From contig JAYUVP010000044.1 of NCBI GenBank assembly GCA_043753995.1, forward strand, positions 1 through 14,954: a stretch of DNA of 14,954 nucleotides, given 5' to 3'. Under the pieces are notes generated by a model, which ran no database searches, was not told the DNA's origin, and saw only the letters and a list, made by a program, of their open reading frames with translations. This DNA comes from Fibrobacterota bacterium (GTDB taxonomy: Bacteria > Fibrobacterota > Fibrobacteria > UBA11236). Position numbers and translations under genes: made by a program. Positions 7,616 through 14,954 of the stretch are shown piece by piece (the stretch's first letter is position 1; each line of letters opens with the position of its first letter).

Positions 7616-8218
7616 ATGCGTCGTTTCAAAAATTTTGGGTGGGTCTTGGTTTTGGCAGGAGCCTTGGGGCTTTCGGGTTGCGGGTACAATAAGTTTCAGT
7701 CCGGCGATGAGGACGTGAAGGCGGCCTGGGCCGAGGTGGTGAATCAATACCAACGGCGCTCCGACCTCATTCCCAATTTGGTGCAAACCGTCAAGGGCTT
7801 TGCCTCGCATGAGGAAAAAATCTTCACCGACATCGCCGATGCGCGCTCGCGTATTGGTAGCGTGCAAATGCCTACGGAAAAGCTCGACGATCAAGCGGCC
7901 ATGGATCGATTTGCTTCGGCTCAAGGCGGGTTGCAATCCGCCTTATCGCGCTTGCTAGTGATTACGGAGCAATACCCCAATCTCAAGGCGGATGCGCAAT
8001 TCCGCGATTTGCAGGCGCAATTGGAAGGCACGGAAAATCGCATTACCGTGGCCCGCAACCGTTATATCGGGATGGTACGCGATTACAATTTGCTAGTACG
8101 GCAATTCCCCAGTAATTTAACGGCGAAAGTCTTAGGCTATGGGGCGAAAGCGCAATTCACCGTAAGCAATGAAGCCGCCATTTCCGCCCCGCCCAAGGTG
8201 GATTTCGGCCAGCCCTGA
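7616..8218 (+). CDS. lemA: LemA family protein with lipoprotein-type signal
   Basis: LSGC-GYN, AWAEV.NQYQRR.DLIPNLV.TVKG.A.HE, LSRLLV..E.YP.LKA..F.DLQAQLEGTENRI.VARNRY, FPSNL.A and PKVDF. AAGGA lies upstream of the ATG. Confidence 0.95.
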   Translation: MRRFKNFGWVLVLAGALGLSGCGYNKFQSGDEDVKAAWAEVVNQYQRRSDLIPNLVQTVKGFASHEEKIFTDIADARSRIGSVQMPTEKLDDQAAMDRFASAQGGLQSALSRLLVITEQYPNLKADAQFRDLQAQLEGTENRITVARNRYIGMVRDYNLLVRQFPSNLTAKVLGYGAKAQFTVSNEAAISAPPKVDFGQP

Positions 8219-8235
8219 GGCCTGCCTAATCCTAC

Positions 8236-9147
8236 GTGATGAAACTTTCTCGTATTTCCGCCTGGATCGCCCTAGGCTTGCTATCGGTTTTCACCCAGGT
8301 TTTCGCCTTAGAAGCCTTGCCGACCTTGGCGCATCGCGCCAATGATTTTACCGGCACTCTAAGCGCGGGCCAGCTCGGCGATTTGGAAAATCGCCTGCGC
8401 CATTTCGAAGATAGCGCGGGCAGCCAGGTGGTAATAGCGGTTGTGCCGACCACCGGCGAAGAGGCTATCGAGGCTTATGCCTTGCGCCTAGTCGAAGCCG
8501 CCAAGCTGGGCCGAGAAAAGATTGACGACGGCGTTTTGATCTTGGTAGCCAAGCAGGATAGGCACAGTCGCATTGAAGTCGGTTATGGACTGGAAGGCGT
8601 TTTGCCCGATGCGCGTTGCAAGCGCATACTCGCGGAAATCATGACACCGTCTTTTCGGACCGGGGATTTTTACGGGGGCTTAAGCGCGGCAGTGACGGCC
8701 GTTCAATCCAGCATTCGCGGGGAAGCCTTGCCCTTGCCGAAATCTCGAACTCGCGGCGCGGCCAAGGATTTATCCCCCTATGTGCTTGCCCTTTTTCTCG
8801 GCTTGGCAGTCACTTCATTTTTGCGACTCCGACTAGGACGCGTCTTCGGCACCTTGGCTTCCGGGGGTGGTTTTTTTGGATTGGCCTTTTGGTTGACGAC
8901 CGGGTGGACGGCCTTCATTTTGGTCTTTGTGGGCTTGGTACTTATTAGCGCCTTTGATTTGCTTTCGTCTCTGGGTTCCTCGAATTTCGCGCATGCTGGT
9001 CGGTCGCGGGGTCGGGGTTTCGATTCCTTCGGCGGCTTTGGCTCTGGCTTTGGCGGCAGTTCTTGGGGCGGTTCTTCAGGAGGCAGCTCCTGGGGCGGCG
9101 GTGGCGGAGGCAGTTTTGGCGGTGGCGGCGCTTCAGGGGACTGGTGA
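8236..9147 (+). CDS. TPM-domain (DUF477/YgcG-like) membrane protein with Gly-rich C-terminal tail
   Basis: Signal peptide, D.TGTLS, GSQVV...VPTT..E.IE.YA, G...DDGVL.LVAK.DR..RIEVGYGLEG.LPDA, about three TM segments and terminal GGGSFGGGGASGDW. Start is GTG 8236 or ATG 8239. Confidence 0.92.
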   Translation: MMKLSRISAWIALGLLSVFTQVFALEALPTLAHRANDFTGTLSAGQLGDLENRLRHFEDSAGSQVVIAVVPTTGEEAIEAYALRLVEAAKLGREKIDDGVLILVAKQDRHSRIEVGYGLEGVLPDARCKRILAEIMTPSFRTGDFYGGLSAAVTAVQSSIRGEALPLPKSRTRGAAKDLSPYVLALFLGLAVTSFLRLRLGRVFGTLASGGGFFGLAFWLTTGWTAFILVFVGLVLISAFDLLSSLGSSNFAHAGRSRGRGFDSFGGFGSGFGGSSWGGSSGGSSWGGGGGGSFGGGGASGDW

Positions 9148-9153
9148 GGGTTT

Positions 9154-9663
9154 ATGGGTAGGAACGATTTTTTAGCCCGCGGGGCGCGTCATTTACGTTG
9201 CGGTTCTTGGACCGTGCGACGTCATTTTCCTCCGACCAGTATGCAGGCCATTACCGCCGCCATTGCTGCCAGCGAAGGAAAGCAGGACGGAGAAATTCGT
9301 TTTGCGGTGGAGGCCCGACTGGATTGGACCCAGCTTTGGCAAGGGGTAACGTCTCGGGAACGGGCCCTACAGTTGTTTTCGGATTTGCGAATTTGGGATA
9401 CCGCGCAGAATAATGGTGTCCTGATTTATCTGCTTCTCGCCGAACATAAAATCGAAATCGTCGCTGACCGTGGGATTGACGCGCATGTGGGGGCGGAGGG
9501 GTGGCGCCGTCTCTGCGACGCCTTAAGACAAGAATTTTCCCAGGGGCATTTTGAAGCGGGAGTCGTTTCTCTGATTCAATCCGTGGGCGAAACCTTGAAA
9601 AAGCATTATCCCGCCACCGCCGGAGACAGCAATGAATTGCCGAATACTCCGGTGGTGGTGTGA
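9154..9663 (+). CDS. Small TPM-domain (DUF477-like) protein
   Basis: I..AI...E....GEIRFAVE, RERA...F..L.IWDT.QNNGVLIYLLLAE.KIEIVADRGI and terminal D.NELPN.PVVV. This is the usual third gene of lemA clusters. Confidence 0.92.
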   Translation: MGRNDFLARGARHLRCGSWTVRRHFPPTSMQAITAAIAASEGKQDGEIRFAVEARLDWTQLWQGVTSRERALQLFSDLRIWDTAQNNGVLIYLLLAEHKIEIVADRGIDAHVGAEGWRRLCDALRQEFSQGHFEAGVVSLIQSVGETLKKHYPATAGDSNELPNTPVVV

Positions 9664-9667
9664 GGAC

Positions 9668-11026
9668 CTAAGGCTTCACGCCTCCGACCAAGTTGAACAT
9701 CACCGAAGCCGATTCGCCATTCGGGCCGGAGTATTCGGCATGAAAGCCGGTGGGTGAGAAATCACCTTTGAGCGAAGCGGTTTGACCGTTCGCATAGGTG
9801 GCTTCGCCTTCGAAACGACCCGCCTTGGGTTGTTCGCCATGGCGCACGGCTGGATCGGCCCAAAAGTGAAATTCCGCCTTGCGCTCGAACCCCTTTTTCT
9901 TCTCGCTGCGAATGTGTAGAGCATAAAGCAAATTGTCGTCTTCGCTTTTCAAATCCGTACCGGGATTCATGACGAATTCGATGCTGAGCGATTTCAGGGT
10001 ATCACTCGCCGAGGCCACCGTAGTTTGCAAAAGCACGGTCATGGTGTCATTGGCAATCAAGTCTTCGCCGCCTTGGCGATTCTTCATGGTGACGCTATTC
10101 ACGCGGCCGTTTTTGAGGGTTTCGGTATAGCCAAAACTCATGGGTTCATCGCCTTTATCCTTGCCGAAGAGGCGCACCTTGGCGTGCGCATTCACTGAAG
10201 CCACGCGAGGACGCAGCAGGGGCTCTTGTTCGCTGAAGGTGACCCGTACCACCGATGTGTCGGCATTGTTCACCACAACGCCATCGCTGTCACCATCGAG
10301 ATAGGCGGCTTGCGCCTTGAGGGTTGAGCCCTGTTTGCGATTCCATTCCGCCTGATAAATCAAATTATCGTCTTCACCATCGAAATCGGCATCGGGGCCG
10401 CAGCCCACGATTATGGTGGCCGTTTCGGTGAAACCCAATTCTTTTTTCACAAAGAGGATTTTCACCTTGCTGTCCTTGTTCGCGGCATTGACGAGTCCAT
10501 CTCCGTCGGCATCGGCGAAGACCGCGGTTTCGACCTTGCCCAGCAAATAGGTTTTGACCTGGCTGAAGCTCACGATATTTTCATTGTCCTTGACGGTGTC
10601 CTTGGCCTTGTCATCCCATTTGGCATCGGCCTTATCGACGATTTTCACGCCGAAAGTTTCATAGCTGTGGGTGATATGGGCCAAGCCCGCCGCGGTATCC
10701 ACCGTGATAACCATATCGTCTCCACCGATGCGGGCGATTTTGGCGAGGGCAGCTCTTTTGCTTAAGCCCTGGGTCGAACCGAAAACCGATTGCATGACCG
10801 AGGCATCGACAGGATTGGCGGCCGTTTGATTCCAATCACCTGCGGTGGAGAAGCTGGCGGCAAGAGTTTGACCCGCGACTTCGTGAGTCACCTTAGACTT
10901 GGAAAAATCTTCCTCCTCTACCGGACTGTTCAGGCAGGCGCTGAGCCCGCAAAGGCTTAATGCGCTAAGTGCTATGGGAGCGATTTTTGGTATGGGGGAG
11001 AGGTGAGAGAAGCGGGAGGGTTTCAT
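9668..11026 (-). CDS. Uncharacterised 452-aa lipoprotein with internal repeats and DxDxDG motifs
   Basis: Basic N-terminus, hydrophobic region and lipobox LSAC (Cys31). GGAG SD 6 nt upstream and a promoter candidate nearby. DADGDG at aa 172-177, DGDSDG at aa 244-249, and EDDNL[IL]Y at aa 218 and 362. No family recognised. Confidence 0.82.
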   Translation of the reverse strand: MKPSRFSHLSPIPKIAPIALSALSLCGLSACLNSPVEEEDFSKSKVTHEVAGQTLAASFSTAGDWNQTAANPVDASVMQSVFGSTQGLSKRAALAKIARIGGDDMVITVDTAAGLAHITHSYETFGVKIVDKADAKWDDKAKDTVKDNENIVSFSQVKTYLLGKVETAVFADADGDGLVNAANKDSKVKILFVKKELGFTETATIIVGCGPDADFDGEDDNLIYQAEWNRKQGSTLKAQAAYLDGDSDGVVVNNADTSVVRVTFSEQEPLLRPRVASVNAHAKVRLFGKDKGDEPMSFGYTETLKNGRVNSVTMKNRQGGEDLIANDTMTVLLQTTVASASDTLKSLSIEFVMNPGTDLKSEDDNLLYALHIRSEKKKGFERKAEFHFWADPAVRHGEQPKAGRFEGEATYANGQTASLKGDFSPTGFHAEYSGPNGESASVMFNLVGGVKP

Positions 11027-11068
11027 GGTTTTCTCCAGGGAGAGGGGGTGATTGCTTGTGCCTGTCTG

Positions 11069-11097
11069 AAGATACCGGGAAAAGCGGCATGTTTCAA
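11069..11097 (-). promoter_or_regulatory. Sigma70-type promoter candidate for the lipoprotein gene
   Basis: The minus strand reads TTGAAA (11097-11092), 17 nt, TATCTT (11074-11069), about 40 nt upstream of the ATG at 11026, with AT-rich DNA further upstream. Confidence 0.6.
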
Positions 11098-11119
11098 TAG
11101 ATGTATTGTATTTGGATTA

Positions 11120-11139
11120 CACTAAATCGGGATTTAATG
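11120..11139. promoter_or_regulatory. Imperfect palindrome, candidate transcription factor site
   Basis: CACTAAATC-GG-GATTTAATG has 8 of 9 arm positions complementary and lies 22 nt upstream of the -35 box. Confidence 0.4.
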
Positions 11140-11286
11140 CCATAAAATTGGATAAAAACGCCATTATTGGCTGCCATTCCATTTATAAAATCAATCAAAA
11201 GTGATTACGTTTTTCGGGGTCAAAGACAAGGGTTGGCGACTTTTGGGTCAGCCGCGCCCGGTTACAGATGGATAGAAGGAGGTGTA

Positions 11287-11315
11287 GCAGGGTTGAGGCG
11301 ATAGCCAAACCCTGC
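11287..11315. other. GC-rich stem-loop downstream of the TPR gene (REP-like element, stability hairpin or atypical terminator)
   Basis: GCAGGGTT-GA-GGC-GATA-GCC-A-AACCCTGC forms an 8-bp plus 3-bp stem with an internal loop. GTAG sits at 11284-11287, and there is no U-tract directly after the stem in the TPR gene's direction. Confidence 0.45.
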
Positions 11316-11355
11316 CAAAGCGGAAAGCGAAGGGCTCCAGGACCCTAGGTGAAAA

Positions 11356-14300
11356 TTATCGCCCCTGATAGCTCACGGGCAAAATGGCTCCGTCGCCACC
11401 GAGTTTTTTGTATTGGGCAAAATGATCTTCGGCCTGTTTTTTTTGATAGGCGCGATCCGCAGCAATCCCGGCATAATACCAGGGCATGGCTTGATCGGGG
11501 CAAAGAGCCAGGGCTTGTTTGCTGCTCGCTGCCAAGCCTTCGAGATTGCCCAAGGTCATTTCTACCTTGGCGCGCTCATTGTGCAACTCGCAGGCATAAG
11601 GATTTTTTTCGAGCGCTTCGCGCAAATAGTCCTTAGCCTCTTGAGGCTTGCCTCGCAGCAACATGGTTTCGGCCAAGGCCACATTGCCATCGGGATAAGC
11701 GTCGTCGAGCTCCAAGCTCTTTTGCGCATGCTGCTCGGCTTCATCGATTTGACCCAGTGCCAAGGCGAGCGAGGACAATTCGGCCAAGACGGCCGGCGAA
11801 GGATAAAGCTCCGAAGCAAAGCTCAAATTGTCGCGAGCTTCAGAAAGATTTTTCTCGGCGCGAGCGCAATTGGCCAATCCCTGCAAGCCCAGGGAACGCG
11901 TATGTCGCGGGCCGCTTTGCTCCAAGGTCAAGAATTCACGTCGTGCCGCTGGCACGTCGCCTTTAAGCAATTGGGCTCCACCCGACAAGTAAGCGGCATC
12001 GTCGCTGACGCTTCCGAGTTGGCGAGCCTGCGTTACCGAAGCCAAGGCCCCGTTGTCATCACGTCGATCGATTTGCACGGCGGCAAGCAGGAGATGCGCT
12101 TCAGGGGATTGTGGATTCTTGGCCACCCAGGCCTTGGCGCCTCGCATGGCCTTGTCCCGTTCGCGCAAGGCGAGGTCGATGCGCACCCTTGCAGGTTCGG
12201 CCTCGGGTGTGCCTTCGAGATTGTATGTCGTCCAGAGTTTGCTCGCCTCTTGGGGGCGCTTGCGTTCCAGCAAAACCCGAGTCAAGCCTGCCGCGGCGCG
12301 ACCCGTGGGTTTTTGGCTTAACACTTGCCTATAGGCGACTTCGGCATCTTCGAAGCGGCCACTGAGCGACAGGGCATCGGCCAATACCGTGCGACCGACT
12401 AGGCTGAGCTTGGCCTTGCGTGGCTCCAGGGTTTCTAAAGTCGATTCGGCGTCATCGCGACGTAGGAAAACATCGGCCAAGCCTTCTTGCACATCGATTT
12501 GCTCCGGAGCCATGGCGGCAGCCTGGGCATACATCTCCTCGGCATGGGCCAGGTCGCCTTTTTTCAAGGCGATCTCTCCAGCCCAGATTACGGCTTCTTG
12601 ATCTTCGGGAGATTGTGATACCCAGGCTTCAAGCAAGTCGACATGCTGAGCCAAGGTGCCTTGCGATTTGAGCAAGCGCACCAAGCCGCCCATCACGCGG
12701 GCGCTGCGATCGCCCAAGTCATAGGCTTTCTGAAAAGCGATTTGCGCCTCGGGAAAGTGCTTGAGATTACGCTGCGCCTCGCCGAGTTCAGCCCAGGCGG
12801 GCGAATCCTGATCATTGCCAAGTACGACGCGTCGATACAAAGCTGCAGCTTGCGTGAAGTCGCCAGCGGCCATGCGCATTTCAGCGAGGCCGCGGCAGGC
12901 GTCCATGTGGGTGCTATCGACGCGCACCATGTCGGCATAGGCGGCTGGCAATTCGGCCTTGAGGTTGGCGGCCAAAACCGCATCGAGCCTATCCTGTGCG
13001 GCCTTGCGATCATTCGGATCGAGAGACAAGGCTTTTTTAAAGGCCTCCAAAGCCTTGGGCAGCCGTCCACTCATGGCCAAGCCCTCACCTAAAAGACGCC
13101 AACCCTTGGCTACTATGGCCCGCGGCTCCGGTGATTGTTCGAGACCTTGGGTGAGCAAGGGCTCCGATCCCTGAATATCGCCCGCTTCGGCCAGGGAGAG
13201 ACCGACATAAAGCTGGGCGCGTTTGTGCTTGGGTTGCCGCTGCAAGAGCATGCCGTAAAATTCGGTGGCTCGTTCAATGCGTCCGGCATTGAGTTGGGCT
13301 GAAGCTTCGGCCTCAAGCGTAGTCGCTAATTCGGCAGCATAAATCGCATCCTTGGGTTTCATCTCATCGGCGCGGACCAAAAACTCCAGAGCCTTTTCGC
13401 GCTGCTCCAGCTTGACATAGGCCTGGCCGATGCGGAAGCACAGGGCATGATCGGTGGAATTCAATTCCAGCAGTCTTTCCATGGCGATCACTCTGGCCGG
13501 CAAGTCGGCTTGCTTTTCAGTAACGGTGATCAAAGATTGCCAGGCTTTGACATCCATCGGCTCCGCCTCGGTCCATTGCGAAGCAAGCTTGCGTGCTGCA
13601 GCCCAATCACTGGAGGCGAGGGCCGCTGCCGCACCCGCGCGAATGGCAATCAAGTCGCTGGAATTACGAGCCAACAAAGCCTGATAAATTTTCAAAGCCT
13701 CGTGGCCTGGCCCCAGGGCCTGGGCATAGGCATGCGCGACTTGCGCGTCTTCCGGAAAGGCTGCATAACCGATGGCCAGCACGGCCTTTTGATTCGGCGA
13801 ACCATTGCTTTCGCCATAGAGCCAGGCTTTGTCAAAGGCGCGGCGCAAGGCGTCTCGCGCCGAGGTGTCGCTTTGCGCGGATTTTTGTTTGACTTGCAGC
13901 AGGGAGAAGTAGGTTGCATTCGCCTCGTTCTTGCGATTGGAATAGGCATACAAATCACCCATGGGCTCCAACCAGGTCGGATCGCGTTTGACTTCTTCGG
14001 CCAATTCCTTTTCGAAGGGTTGCAGTTTTTGCACTTGGTCACGGCGATAGTATTCCCGTGCCAGCAGTAATTTGCCTGGTCGCCATTGGGGATAAGCCTT
14101 GACCAGTTTTTCCGCCGGAGCGATATTCCCGCTGAATTTGAAATCGAGTTCGGCCAATTGAAAATGATATTCCGGAGCCGATCCGAGTAAGACGGTGAGC
14201 AGGCGCAACGAAGTTTCCAGAGCAGCCGTATCAGGTAGGGCATTGGCGATGCGTTGCATGGCCTTCAAGGCTTCCGCGTCCTTGGGATGGCGGCCTGTCC

Positions 14301-14954
14301 AATGCCCGAAGTGGGGAAGGGCGGCCTTGCCTTGATTCAGCTTGTCATAGGCTTGGGCCAATTGCAGTTGAAAGTCCTTGTATTCGGGATCATTGGCCAC
14401 CAGGGTCTCCAAGGTGCGCAGACGGCCTTTGCCATCGCCGGTCACGACTTGCAAACTATGCAAGGTATCGAGATAAAGCACATTGGCCGAATCGCGATTC
14501 CAGCGGAAAGCATAGAGAGGTAAGGCTTTGGCTGGCTGACGCGTTTGCAAATACACCAAGCTGGCTTCCGGTTGGCGTTTGTCGCGCTCACCTGCTTCGG
14601 CCAAGAGTTTGTCGAAGGCAATGCCGGCAGGAGCGAGGTCGCCGCGATAATAATGACTTAAAGCAAGTTGCCGTCTCTCTTCAATGGACGGTCCGCGCGC
14701 TTCAAGGAATTGGAACAATTTCAAATTGTTCTTAATGGCCTCGGGCTCGCGCAGGGTTTGCCCATAGGTGCGGGCGAAGATCAGGTTTTCTGGCACCAAT
14801 TCCCAGGCGCGCTGAAAGCAGGAAATACCATTATCCCCGGTTTGCAATTGATTGCGGCATTGGCCCAGGCGATACCAGGCTTGGGCATCCGCGGGCTTGT
14901 CCTGCACGACTAGCGCCAGCAGCCGGGTCGTCTCACGGAAGTTACGCCGCTGTT
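11356..14954 (-). CDS. Very large tetratricopeptide-repeat protein, partial (5' end beyond the right edge; >=1198 aa visible)
   Basis: Many TPR-like units, e.g. AQAWYRLGQ..., AKGWRLLGEGLAMSGRLPKALEAFKKALSLDPND, PAWAELGEAQRNLKHFPEAQIAFQKAYDLG and AMPWYYAGIA. The frame stays open upstream of the track's GTG 14907 (QRRNFRETTRLLALV) to the window edge. Confidence 0.9.
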   Translation of the reverse strand, partial: QRRNFRETTRLLALVVQDKPADAQAWYRLGQCRNQLQTGDNGISCFQRAWELVPENLIFARTYGQTLREPEAIKNNLKLFQFLEARGPSIEERRQLALSHYYRGDLAPAGIAFDKLLAEAGERDKRQPEASLVYLQTRQPAKALPLYAFRWNRDSANVLYLDTLHSLQVVTGDGKGRLRTLETLVANDPEYKDFQLQLAQAYDKLNQGKAALPHFGHWTGRHPKDAEALKAMQRIANALPDTAALETSLRLLTVLLGSAPEYHFQLAELDFKFSGNIAPAEKLVKAYPQWRPGKLLLAREYYRRDQVQKLQPFEKELAEEVKRDPTWLEPMGDLYAYSNRKNEANATYFSLLQVKQKSAQSDTSARDALRRAFDKAWLYGESNGSPNQKAVLAIGYAAFPEDAQVAHAYAQALGPGHEALKIYQALLARNSSDLIAIRAGAAAALASSDWAAARKLASQWTEAEPMDVKAWQSLITVTEKQADLPARVIAMERLLELNSTDHALCFRIGQAYVKLEQREKALEFLVRADEMKPKDAIYAAELATTLEAEASAQLNAGRIERATEFYGMLLQRQPKHKRAQLYVGLSLAEAGDIQGSEPLLTQGLEQSPEPRAIVAKGWRLLGEGLAMSGRLPKALEAFKKALSLDPNDRKAAQDRLDAVLAANLKAELPAAYADMVRVDSTHMDACRGLAEMRMAAGDFTQAAALYRRVVLGNDQDSPAWAELGEAQRNLKHFPEAQIAFQKAYDLGDRSARVMGGLVRLLKSQGTLAQHVDLLEAWVSQSPEDQEAVIWAGEIALKKGDLAHAEEMYAQAAAMAPEQIDVQEGLADVFLRRDDAESTLETLEPRKAKLSLVGRTVLADALSLSGRFEDAEVAYRQVLSQKPTGRAAAGLTRVLLERKRPQEASKLWTTYNLEGTPEAEPARVRIDLALRERDKAMRGAKAWVAKNPQSPEAHLLLAAVQIDRRDDNGALASVTQARQLGSVSDDAAYLSGGAQLLKGDVPAARREFLTLEQSGPRHTRSLGLQGLANCARAEKNLSEARDNLSFASELYPSPAVLAELSSLALALGQIDEAEQHAQKSLELDDAYPDGNVALAETMLLRGKPQEAKDYLREALEKNPYACELHNERAKVEMTLGNLEGLAASSKQALALCPDQAMPWYYAGIAADRAYQKKQAEDHFAQYKKLGGDGAILPVSYQGR

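Noticed and set aside
9020..9144. GGC-rich low-complexity repeats
   Set aside because: They encode the normal Gly-rich tail of YgcG-like TPM proteins.
11027..11355. Riboswitch or tRNA upstream of the lipoprotein
   Set aside because: No cloverleaf or known aptamer consensus is recognisable, and the hairpins lie upstream of the predicted promoter, outside its 5' UTR.
11413..14070. Long plus-strand ORFs (302, 149 and 207 aa) opposite the TPR gene
   Set aside because: They are antisense shadows of a GC-rich, Ala/Leu-rich gene with no independent motifs.
9668..14954. TPR protein plus lipoprotein as an anti-phage or toxin system
   Set aside because: No nuclease, NTPase, TIR/SIR2, protease or reverse transcriptase motif is visible, and the neighbourhood is housekeeping with no mobility genes.

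Overview
Bacterial chromosomal window of mostly housekeeping and envelope genes, with no mobile element, CRISPR array, rRNA or tRNA recognisable by eye. In order: (1) the 5' end of a minus-strand exported protein that runs off the left edge and is absent from the ORF track (DacB/serine beta-lactamase-like N-terminus, low confidence); (2) a hotdog-fold acyl-CoA thioesterase overlapping a two-domain glutamine-dependent NAD+ synthetase (nadE); (3) a convergent, complete livK-H-M-G-F branched-chain amino acid (HAAT) ABC transporter operon; (4) a divergent lemA-TPM-TPM cluster; (5) an uncharacterised 452-aa lipoprotein with its own sigma70-like promoter; (6) the 3' part (>=1198 aa) of a very large TPR protein running off the right edge. 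I cannot support a clearly new multi-gene system here. The best leads are the lipoprotein's 72/144-aa internal repeat with DxDxDG motifs, the livK-livH spacer (inverted heptamer repeats and a 43-codon CxxC ORF in frame with livK), the palindromes and hairpins at 11027-11355, and the giant TPR protein.
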